A DNA stretch of 64,000 nt from Thermodesulfobacteriota bacterium (lineage in GTDB: Bacteria; Desulfobacterota; Desulfobacteria; Desulfobacterales; JARGFK01), in the NCBI GenBank assembly GCA_040757625.1, contig JBFLWU010000007.1:1110-65109 (forward strand). The letters run 5' to 3'. The notes below the pieces were generated by a model that made no database searches, was not told the origin of the DNA, and saw only the letters and a list, made by a program, of their open reading frames with translations. Of the stretch, positions 46,015 to 53,613 are shown one piece after another; positions within the stretch are counted from its first letter, which is position 1, and every line of letters begins with the position of its first letter. A program made the translations under genes and the position numbers.

Positions 46015-46358
46015 GGCATATAGACTGAAGACTGAAGACCGAAGACTGAAGGCTAAAGGCATACGACACACGGCACATAAAAGCTGTTGAGCTGATAAGC
46101 TGTTAAGTAAACGGCTAACGGCTCACGGCGCAGGGCGGACGGTAAAGAAACAGGGCTGAGGGCAAAGGACTGAATAACGAATAAGAGCTGATAAGCTGTT
46201 TAGCATTCTCAACCTCAACCTTTTTCTTCAGCCGCGCGCCGTTTGCCGTGTGCCGTTTATTTATTTATTTCTTAGCCTTAGCCTCACCCTTAACCTCATC
46301 CTTTTATTATTGCCGACTGTCTGCCAACCTTCAGCCTTCAGCCCATTTACCTTCGGCC
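46015..46358. repeat. word-array mosaic forming a ~330-bp imperfect palindrome
   Basis: The left side has CTGAAG x4, GGCTAAAGG and ACGGCTCACGGCGCAGGGC. The right side has GCGCGCCGTTTGCCGTGTGCCGT, CCTTAGCC x2 and CTTCAGCC x2, in nested inverted order around position ~46205. Confidence 0.7.
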
Positions 46359-47099
46359 TTTTTCCCCGCCCATTTCCCGCATCAGTTTCTGGACATCCTC
46401 CCACACGTCCCGTTTCCGCTCCGGGTTCCGCAGCAGAAAAGCGGGGTGATAGGTCGGCAGGACCCTGACACCGCGAAAGGAATAAAACTGGCCCCGCAGC
46501 TTTGAAATAGGAGCGTTGGTCGCCAGCAGGGTTTGCGCGGCAAAGGTCCCCAGGGCGCAAATAAACCCGGGATTGATGGCCGCGATCTGGCGCTCCAAAA
46601 ACGGCGAACAGGCCGCGATTTCATCCGGGGCCGGATTGCGGTTGCCCGGTGGGCGGCACTTGACGATGTTGCAGATATAAACCTCGTCACGGCTGAGCTT
46701 CATGGCCTGGATGATCTTGGTCAAGAGCTGCCCGGCGGCACCCACAAAAGGCTGTCCCTGCTGGTCTTCCTCGTAACCGGGTCCTTCGCCCACAAATACC
46801 AGCCGGGCCCGGGGATTTCCCGAACCGAACACGATATGGGTGCGGCCGGCCGCCAGCCCGCAGCGCCGGCAGTCCCCCAGGTCCGCGCGGATGTCCGCGA
46901 GGCTCTCGCTGCGCCCGCCCGACGGTTGGCCCCAGGCGGCGACGACAGCCAGGCTCCGGGGGTCGCAGTCAAAACCGCGGCAGCCGCAATCGGCCATAAA
47001 CCGGAGGGTGTCGCTGATCTGCGCCAGGACGGCCTGCAGGTTTTCTTTATCTGTGCCGGATTCTGAATCCATGTTTTTGTTTCGCTGTTTCTCAACCAT
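46347..47099 (-). CDS. uracil-DNA glycosylase, family 4
   Basis: [32 protein letters not shown] and [13 protein letters not shown]. Confidence 0.85.
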   Translation of the reverse strand: MVEKQRNKNMDSESGTDKENLQAVLAQISDTLRFMADCGCRGFDCDPRSLAVVAAWGQPSGGRSESLADIRADLGDCRRCGLAAGRTHIVFGSGNPRARLVFVGEGPGYEEDQQGQPFVGAAGQLLTKIIQAMKLSRDEVYICNIVKCRPPGNRNPAPDEIAACSPFLERQIAAINPGFICALGTFAAQTLLATNAPISKLRGQFYSFRGVRVLPTYHPAFLLRNPERKRDVWEDVQKLMREMGGEKGRR

Positions 47100-47136
47100 G
47101 CCGCCAAGCTCAAAGACGGGGCGGCTCGATATCTGT

Positions 47137-47365
47137 ATTCACCGCAAAGACGCTAAGCACGCAAAGATTGTTTACGGTTGCTTTCCGCTGAGACGCCGGA
47201 AAGCAACTGACAGTCATCCTCCGAAAATGCAGACTGCTTCCAACCGAAATCGATTTTCGTGGTTAACAAAGCTGAACGTTTTTCCTTTGCCGCTCTCTCA
47301 ACGGCAAAGGAAATGAACATCCTTTTCTCTGCGACCTTTGCGCCTTGAGCTAAGCGGGCGGTGGG
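47137..47365 (+). repeat. RE-B element, expanded-centre variant
   Basis: TTCACCGCAAAGACGCTAAGCACGCAAAG, hairpin GTTGCTTTCCG-CTGAGACGC-CGGAAAGCAAC, a roughly 80-bp centre and hairpin TTTTTCCTTTGCCG-CTCTCTCA-ACGGCAAAGGAAA. It ends with ...CCTTTGCGCCTTGAGCTAAGCGGGCGGTG. It lies in the UDG-coaBC spacer. Confidence 0.8.
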
Positions 47366-47457
47366 TTTTTCGCATCTGTTCACAGCCAATCTATATCGGA
47401 TTGTCCCAACGCAATCGGTAGGGGCTAAGCGCTCACATACGATAATTTCAGGGAGTG

Positions 47458-48657
47458 TCAGAAAAAACGCTCCTTGATCCGGTCCAGCAGAATCCCGGCA
47501 ACCGATTCCTTTTCCATGACGTCAAGGGCTTCCGCGCTGCCGTCCTTAAAAAACAGGGTGACCTGGTTGGTATCGGACGCAAATCCGGAATCGGGTTTTC
47601 CCACCAGATTGCCCACGATGATATCGCAGTTTTTTTCTTTCAGTTTTTTTGCGGCATTCTTTTTAAGGTCTTCGGTTTCGGCCGCAAAGCCGATCAGAAC
47701 CTGCTTCTTTTTCCTTTTTCCCAGAGCGCCGAGAATGTCCTGGTTTTTTTTAAGGGTCAGCTGCAATTCTTCCTTGTCTTTTTTGATCTTGCTCGCCGCG
47801 GTCTCCAGGGGCCTGTAATCGGAAACAGCCGCCGCCTTGACGACGATGTCCATGCGGTCCGAACGCTCAAAAACCGCCGCTGCCATTTGGGCCGCCGATC
47901 GGACCCGGACCGTCGCGATGCCGGGAGGATCCGGCAAATGGGACGGTCCGCTGACAAGGGTCACCTCGGCCCCGCGCTGTTCGGCGGCCCGGGCGACGGC
48001 GTATCCCATTTTCCCCGAAGACGGGTTGCTGATAAACCGGACCGGGTCCATGGCCTCGTGGGTGGGTCCGGCGGTCACCAGCACCCGTTTTCCCTGAAAA
48101 TCCTTGGGCGTCAGGCCGCTGATCAGCCGGTCGAGAATCAGTTCCGGATCCGGCAGCCGCCCGGGTCCGGTGGTGCCGCAGGCCAGCTGTCCGCTGGACG
48201 GTTCCATAATGGTGTATCCCATCCCGGTGAGCCGTTCCAGGTTTGTCTGGACCGGCCGGCTTTCATACATATGCGTGTTCATGGACGGGCAGACAAAGAC
48301 CGGCGCCGTCACGGCCAGCATCAGGGTGCTGAGGGCATCGTCGGCAATGCCGTTGGCAAGCTTGGCGATGATATTGGCGGTTGCCGGCGCGATGACAACG
48401 GCATCCGCTTCCCGCGCCCAGTCGATGTGCCGGATGGAAGCATCCCCACCCCCATCAAACAGGTCGGTACAGACGGGCTGACCGGACAATGTTTTAAACG
48501 TGAGCGGCCCGACAAACCACTGGGCGTTGCGGGTCATCACCACCCGCACGGCCGCCCCCGCACCGGTCAGCAGCCGCAGCAACTCCACGCTCTTGTAAGC
48601 TGCGATCCCGCCGGAAACACCCAGAATGATCATTTTATTTTTAATTACGGTCTGCAT
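47458..48657 (-). CDS. coaBC: bifunctional phosphopantothenoylcysteine decarboxylase / phosphopantothenate-cysteine ligase
   Basis: 399 aa with [29 protein letters not shown] and [11 protein letters not shown]. Confidence 0.92.
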   Translation of the reverse strand: MQTVIKNKMIILGVSGGIAAYKSVELLRLLTGAGAAVRVVMTRNAQWFVGPLTFKTLSGQPVCTDLFDGGGDASIRHIDWAREADAVVIAPATANIIAKLANGIADDALSTLMLAVTAPVFVCPSMNTHMYESRPVQTNLERLTGMGYTIMEPSSGQLACGTTGPGRLPDPELILDRLISGLTPKDFQGKRVLVTAGPTHEAMDPVRFISNPSSGKMGYAVARAAEQRGAEVTLVSGPSHLPDPPGIATVRVRSAAQMAAAVFERSDRMDIVVKAAAVSDYRPLETAASKIKKDKEELQLTLKKNQDILGALGKRKKKQVLIGFAAETEDLKKNAAKKLKEKNCDIIVGNLVGKPDSGFASDTNQVTLFFKDGSAEALDVMEKESVAGILLDRIKERFF

Positions 48658-48796
48658 CGGAACACCGTCTCTTTTTATTTAACGCTTTGATTAAAGCCAT
48701 CCCGGCCCCGAGAACCAAGCCCAGAGAACATGATTTAAACAAACGCAATCGGCAAAATACGAAACCCGAAAATCGAAATTCGGAACAAATGGGCAC

Positions 48797-48905
48797 TGTC
48801 AGATAGGCACACTGTTTGGATCATTTGAATTTTGGCCGTTCGGCATTGTTTCGGATCTGCGGCTATCACCTCTTGAAAAAAAAGGGGTTGGTGCTTCGCA
48901 TTTAA
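48797..48905 (+). repeat. RE-C repeat, copy 2
   Basis: TGTCAG...TTTGGATCATTTGAATTTTGGCCGTTCGGCATTGTTTCGGATCTGCGGCTATCACC..TTGAAAAAAAAGGGG. It lies in the spacer upstream of coaBC. Confidence 0.75.
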
Positions 48906-48954
48906 CCTATATATAAGACAGAGCTTCCGAACGCTGCCCCATCCCGGGCTTTCC

Positions 48955-49458
48955 TTATTTCAACAGGCCGCTGCTGCCGACGCCGGTTCCCTTTCCGGTC
49001 GCACCTTCCATGGCGGTGGGAGAAACCCATATTTCCGCATAGGTCGTGAAATCTCCTTCCGTGATATTGATCGCACACCAGCGGTTTTCCTTGTTGAACA
49101 GCATCAGCGTCCGGCGGGATTTAAAATAACTGATCAGCTTCCAGTTATCCTTGCTCATGTTGTTGTAAAAAAAATCGATAAGGGAATTGACCTCCACCCT
49201 TCCGGTCAATGCCAGCACGCCGGCTGAATATCCCGGCGTCCGGAACACGAAAGAGGCGTCCTTATCAACTTTTAATTCGCTGGGCACCAGGACGTCGCCG
49301 AAATCATAGTACAGCGGCACCGGCCCATTGTCTTTCTGGGCGGATGGAGCGGACCCTTCCCCTTTAATCTTGGAACCGGCACAGCCTCCGATGACCAGCG
49401 CCATCACCGCCACCCCAATCCCCATCCATCGCCAATATTTGCGCCCTACTGGTTTCAT
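48955..49458 (-). CDS. lipoprotein of unknown function
   Basis: The preferred start MKPVGRKYWRWMGIGVAVMALVIGGCAGS gives a signal peptide plus lipobox. No family is assigned. Confidence 0.55.
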   Translation of the reverse strand: MKPVGRKYWRWMGIGVAVMALVIGGCAGSKIKGEGSAPSAQKDNGPVPLYYDFGDVLVPSELKVDKDASFVFRTPGYSAGVLALTGRVEVNSLIDFFYNNMSKDNWKLISYFKSRRTLMLFNKENRWCAINITEGDFTTYAEIWVSPTAMEGATGKGTGVGSSGLLK

Positions 49459-49560
49459 AATGCGTCCTCCTTCCGCAGGCCCCGATGGCAAAACCAAGGT
49501 CTCATGGCATGCCATCGCTAGGATTATCAACTATCCGGTAACACACAATAATTGTTTTAA

Positions 49561-49857
49561 TCATACACGCTTTTTGATCGGGTTTAAAGTTGTATTTTGG
49601 AGTTTTTTTAATTTTTGCAGATTGCGGTACTTCAGCAGAAGGCGCAGCCACGTTTCGAATAAAGCCGAAATATCCCGGGTGCGTGCGTTTTTTTCCGCTT
49701 CAAGTTTTTGCTCCACGTCACGCAGGGCTGCCTTGAAATCCAGCCGATCGGGCTCCCGTTCAATCAGGTGCCGGTAAATCCGGGCGGATTTTTCGAAATA
49801 CCCCTGGTCGGCATAAACTTTTGCCATGGTAGCGGTATAAAATGCGGTTTCATTCAT
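49561..49857 (-). CDS. small TPR-like protein
   Basis: 98 aa. AKVYADQGYFEKSARIYRHLIEREP is a single TPR-like unit. It overlaps the ftsB-like gene by 8 nt. Confidence 0.45.
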   Translation of the reverse strand: MNETAFYTATMAKVYADQGYFEKSARIYRHLIEREPDRLDFKAALRDVEQKLEAEKNARTRDISALFETWLRLLLKYRNLQKLKKLQNTTLNPIKKRV

Positions 49858-50158
49858 CCTTTTTGTCCTTTTCAGGCTTCTTTAGCTTGATAACGACCTC
49901 GTCTTTTCCCACCATTCCGAGTTCCTGGCGGGCGACGCTCTCGATAAATTTAAGATCGTTTTTCAACCGGTCGATCTGGCGGTACAGCGAAAGGTTTTCC
50001 TGCTCCAGCTGAGCATTTTTCTGCAGCAGCTGGTCACGCTCCTGCCTGAGCAGGCGCAGATCGGCCAGCCCGTATTCGTTAAACACGATAAACAGCAGCA
50101 GCGAAAACAGCGCCAGGATGGCCAATGACATTAAAATTTTATTGCGTGTATTCATCAA
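49850..50158 (-). CDS. ftsB: septum formation initiator (FtsB/DivIC family)
   Basis: 102 aa with an N-terminal TM helix plus a coiled coil (LRQERDQLLQKNAQLEQENLSLYRQIDRLKND...IESVARQELGM). Confidence 0.7.
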   Translation of the reverse strand: MMNTRNKILMSLAILALFSLLLFIVFNEYGLADLRLLRQERDQLLQKNAQLEQENLSLYRQIDRLKNDLKFIESVARQELGMVGKDEVVIKLKKPEKDKKDE

Positions 50159-50224
50159 TGTTACCGCCCGCTACGTCTCACCTGAGTCCTGACAACGGAC
50201 CGCGGACAATTAAACTTTAAAAAC

Positions 50225-50355
50225 GGCATACAACGCACGGCCGGTAAAGGTTGAGGTTAAGGTTAAGGTTAAGAAGCCGTTGAGCTGATAAGCTGTTAAG
50301 CTTTCTCAACCTCGGCCTCATCCTTAACCTCATCCTTTTATTATTGCCTACTGCT
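50225..50355 (+). repeat. word-array / RE-D partial copy
   Basis: AAGGTTGAGGTTAAGGTTAAGGTTAAG, then TTGAGCTGATAAGCTGTTAAGCTTTCTCAACCTCGGCCTCATCCTTAACCTCATCC...TGCCTACTGCTTAC. It abuts the murJ stop codon. Confidence 0.75.
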
Positions 50356-51965
50356 TACTTTCTTCCTACTTCTGTCTCCTGCTCCCCGTCCCCTGCTCCC
50401 TTTTTAGCGAAACGTTTTCCCAGCAGCGACAAGACCATTTCAAGTTCCGGAACCCGGGCCAGGTAGGAGAAAACGCCGTAGCTGACCAGGCCGGCGCCGA
50501 TGGTGACCACCAGGCCCGACAACAGGCGCAGGGCGCTGATATTTCCGCCCGGAATGGCCGCCAGCGCCACGCCCCAGACCGCCACCCCCATGGCCGCCGA
50601 ACATACGACGGTCTTGAGTATGGAATCCCGGGCGACTTCCCATCCCAGGCTCCCCAACCGGGCCCGCAAGACTTTGAGCAGGAGCACGAGATTTACCATG
50701 GCGGCCAGGGATGTCGCCAGGGCCAGGCCGCCATGCCGGAGCCACTGCATTAAAATAACGCTCAGGGCAACGTTGGCAGCCAGAGAAATTGCCGCCATGC
50801 GCACCGGCGTTTTGGTGTCCTTGAGGGCGTAAAAGGTGGACACCACGATTCTGACGGCTGAAATTGCCCATAACCCCACAGCATAATACAAAAGCGCCAT
50901 GGCCGTCATCCGGACGGTCTCCGCGTTAAACGCCCCCCGCTGAAACAGGAGGGCAACAATCGGCTGCCGCAGAACGATCAGGCCGACCATGGCCGGTATC
51001 GTGATATAGGATACCAGGTTCATGGCATATACAAAGGTGGTCCGCAGCGCCGCAAAATCCCGGGCGGCCGCCTGGCGCGAGAGGCTTGGTAAAACCGCCG
51101 TAGCCGTAGCGATGGCAAAAATACCCAGGGGAAATTCAACCAGCCGATCGGCATAATACAGATAGGAGACGCTCCCCTCTGGCAGCAGGGACGCCAGCAG
51201 GGTGCCGATCAGGATGTTGATCTGATAGACCGCAGCCCCGAAAACGGTGGGCAGCATCAACACGCCCACCTGCTTGAGCCCGGGATGATAGAAGCCGGCC
51301 TTTTGCCAGAAACGCAGCCCGTTGCGGATCAGAAACGGAACCTGCAGCAGCAGCTGCAGGGCGCCGCCGATGAGCACACCCACAGCAAGCCCGATGATCG
51401 GCTCGTCAAGATGGGGTGAAATCAGAAAGACCGACCCGATCATGGCGATATTTAAAAAAACCGGCGCCAGGGCCGGCGCGGCAAAGTGGCCGAGCACATT
51501 CAGGATGCCCATGGACAGGGCCACCAGCCCGATGAAAAAAATATACGGAAACATGATCCGGGTCAGGGTCACCGTGAGGGCCAGCTTTTCCGGCGATTCC
51601 GCGAACCCGACCCCGACGATACGGACGATCAGCGGGGACAGCAGGATCCCCAGAACGGCAACCACGGCCAGCAAAACGGAAATCAGCCGCAGCGCCGCCC
51701 GGGCCAGCAGGAAGGCTTCTTCTTTGCCGTTGCGGGCGAGATGGTCCGTAAAAACCGGAATAAAGGCGATGCTTAAGGAACCCTCGGCCAGGAGGCGCCG
51801 GAGCAGATTGGGTATGCGGAATGCCACAAAAAAGGCATCGGACGCCAGCCCGGCGCCGAAAAACCAGGCGACCACCACATCCCGGATAAAACCGAAAATC
51901 CGGCTGAGTAATGTGGCGCCCGCGACAACACCGGCAGCCTTGGTTACACGGATATTTTCAGACAT
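50355..51965 (-). CDS. murJ: lipid II flippase MurJ
   Basis: About 536 aa with LSRIFGFIRDVVVAWFFGAG...DAFFVAFRIPNLLRRLLAEG. I prefer the ATG at 51965. Confidence 0.9.
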   Translation of the reverse strand: MSENIRVTKAAGVVAGATLLSRIFGFIRDVVVAWFFGAGLASDAFFVAFRIPNLLRRLLAEGSLSIAFIPVFTDHLARNGKEEAFLLARAALRLISVLLAVVAVLGILLSPLIVRIVGVGFAESPEKLALTVTLTRIMFPYIFFIGLVALSMGILNVLGHFAAPALAPVFLNIAMIGSVFLISPHLDEPIIGLAVGVLIGGALQLLLQVPFLIRNGLRFWQKAGFYHPGLKQVGVLMLPTVFGAAVYQINILIGTLLASLLPEGSVSYLYYADRLVEFPLGIFAIATATAVLPSLSRQAAARDFAALRTTFVYAMNLVSYITIPAMVGLIVLRQPIVALLFQRGAFNAETVRMTAMALLYYAVGLWAISAVRIVVSTFYALKDTKTPVRMAAISLAANVALSVILMQWLRHGGLALATSLAAMVNLVLLLKVLRARLGSLGWEVARDSILKTVVCSAAMGVAVWGVALAAIPGGNISALRLLSGLVVTIGAGLVSYGVFSYLARVPELEMVLSLLGKRFAKKGAGDGEQETEVGRK

Positions 51966-52230
51966 AGCGATCCACAACGGTTATCCTACCGTTGATTCGG
52001 TTGAATTTCCAAAAACGCGTGAATTTAAGACATCCGTCACTTGGCGCACGGCTAACGGTGCAGGGCGCACAGGAACGACCCGTCCGCCTTTCCCAGAGCC
52101 GTAAGCCGCTTGCCTTATCCCGATTGCCCCCGACACCCTAATCTCAAAATATTCCTTGACATCGAAACCATAATAATTTAGTTAAAAAAATTCTGAAAAC
52201 ACATATTAACTATTTAAGGAGTTATCACCA

Positions 52231-52500
52231 TTGGCAAACCATAAATCCGAAATCAAACGTGCGCGTCAGAATGCCGATCGGCATGATCGTAACAAGGCGG
52301 TCAAAACCGGCGTCAAAAACATCACCAAAGCGGTTCGCCAGGCGGCTGCCGAGAAGTCTAAGGAAGAAGCGATCAAAGAACTGAACGCTGCAAAATCAAT
52401 CATCGACAAGGCGTCCAAGAAAAAGGTCATCCCCAAAAAAACGGCTGCCCGCAAAATTTCCCGCCTTGCCAAACGCGTCAACCGCATGACGACCAGCTAA
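52231..52500 (+). CDS. rpsT: 30S ribosomal protein S20
   Basis: 89 aa (ANHKSEIKRARQN...). TTG start with AAGGAG at 52216-52221. The 3' end overlaps lptE tail-to-tail by 4 nt. Confidence 0.92.
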   Translation: MANHKSEIKRARQNADRHDRNKAVKTGVKNITKAVRQAAAEKSKEEAIKELNAAKSIIDKASKKKVIPKKTAARKISRLAKRVNRMTTS

Positions 52501-53015
52501 AAATCCTCGGTCAACCGATAATAAATATTTTCAGCCAGCCGCTTGGAAAGCGCCGATACGGCTGCGCGTCTGTTGACGTCCGTCGCCTGGCTGTCGGACG
52601 CGACCCGATAGCTTTCACTGTCGGCGAGTCCCTGCAAAGACCACACCGCCCTGCCGTTCCGATCGGTCAGCTTCAAATCAACTGAGATGGTTACCCGTCT
52701 TTCCAGGGAGCTGTGCTGCCCGCTGCGCGATATGGTTTCCACCCGCAGTGATTTGACCGTACCGGAAAGAACGGCGTCGGCATCTTCGGGGGTCGCGCTG
52801 CGGTTATAGCGGATGAACTCATACCGGAGGTCGCCGGTGAGTGTGTTTTCCAAACCGGTTTCGGACGTGCGGTTGTCGAGCTGATGGATGAAAACCCGCT
52901 GGATTCCGGCGGGGAGACTCCCGCTGCCTGAAAAACGATAGCCGCAGCTCGATAAGAGCATGACGGCCGCCGCCAGTGCCCAGCTGATCCATCTGTTCTG
53001 AAAGCAATTAAACAT
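52497..53015 (-). CDS. lptE: LPS-assembly lipoprotein LptE
   Basis: 172 aa with lipobox LLSSCGYRF. It sits in the conserved position downstream of leuS. Confidence 0.7.
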   Translation of the reverse strand: MFNCFQNRWISWALAAAVMLLSSCGYRFSGSGSLPAGIQRVFIHQLDNRTSETGLENTLTGDLRYEFIRYNRSATPEDADAVLSGTVKSLRVETISRSGQHSSLERRVTISVDLKLTDRNGRAVWSLQGLADSESYRVASDSQATDVNRRAAVSALSKRLAENIYYRLTEDF

Positions 53016-53112
53016 AATTAAAACGCCTCTTTCGAAGGGGCCAGGGTTCAGGTTTCAGGGATCAGCTTTGAATGATTCGCTCACCGTTGTCCCTTTGTCG
53101 AGGCATCCTGTC

Positions 53113-53388
53113 GGTTACTTGTTGTCCGTTGTTCATTGCCTCGCCGATCTCAAAAATAATTGAACCGCAGAGGCGCAAAGGTCGCCGAGTTTCTTATGGT
53201 TGCTTTTCGTTGAGAGGACGAAAAGCAAGCAGCTGAAAGCCCTTTTCATTGCCGGCCTCTCACCGGCGATGAAAATAAATCTTTCTTTGCGTTCTCTGCG
53301 TCTCAAGCGAAGCGGGCGGTGAACAAACCAAGGCGCCTCACTTGTCACACCTGTCTTCCGCCCTTCCCGCATTAAGCCGTCAGCCTTT
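53113..53388 (+). repeat. RE-B element, long variant
   Basis: See 40128-40412. It lies in the leuS-lptE spacer. Confidence 0.85.
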
Positions 53389-53613
53389 TTCTGTCAACTG
53401 CTTACCCCCTACTGCTTACTCTCTGCCTACTTTTTTCCAACCTCAGCCTTAACCTTAATCTGTTCTTTGCCGTTTGCCCTGCGCCGCAAGCCGTGCGCCT
53501 TTATTGTCTACTCCCTACTTTTTCTCTACCTCAACCTCGCCTCAACCTTCTACCTATTATATTATATCTTCCCCTGCGTCTTAACCCGTTAGCCGTTCGC
53601 CGTAAGCCGGCAC

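Noticed and set aside
53133-53372. Small ORFs running through RE-B copies and sharing the peptide TSEAPWFVHRPLRSRRRERKERFIFIAGERPAMKRAFSCLLFVLSTKSN. They are 53133-53372, 40108-40374, part of 33049-33594, 34417-34647, 34698-34940 and 47153-47389.
   Set aside because: The shared peptide simply reflects DNA identity of the repeat. The frame reads straight through both hairpins, start codons are not conserved, there is no RBS, and composition is implausible. One 3-nt indel between copies keeps the frame, but that is weak evidence.
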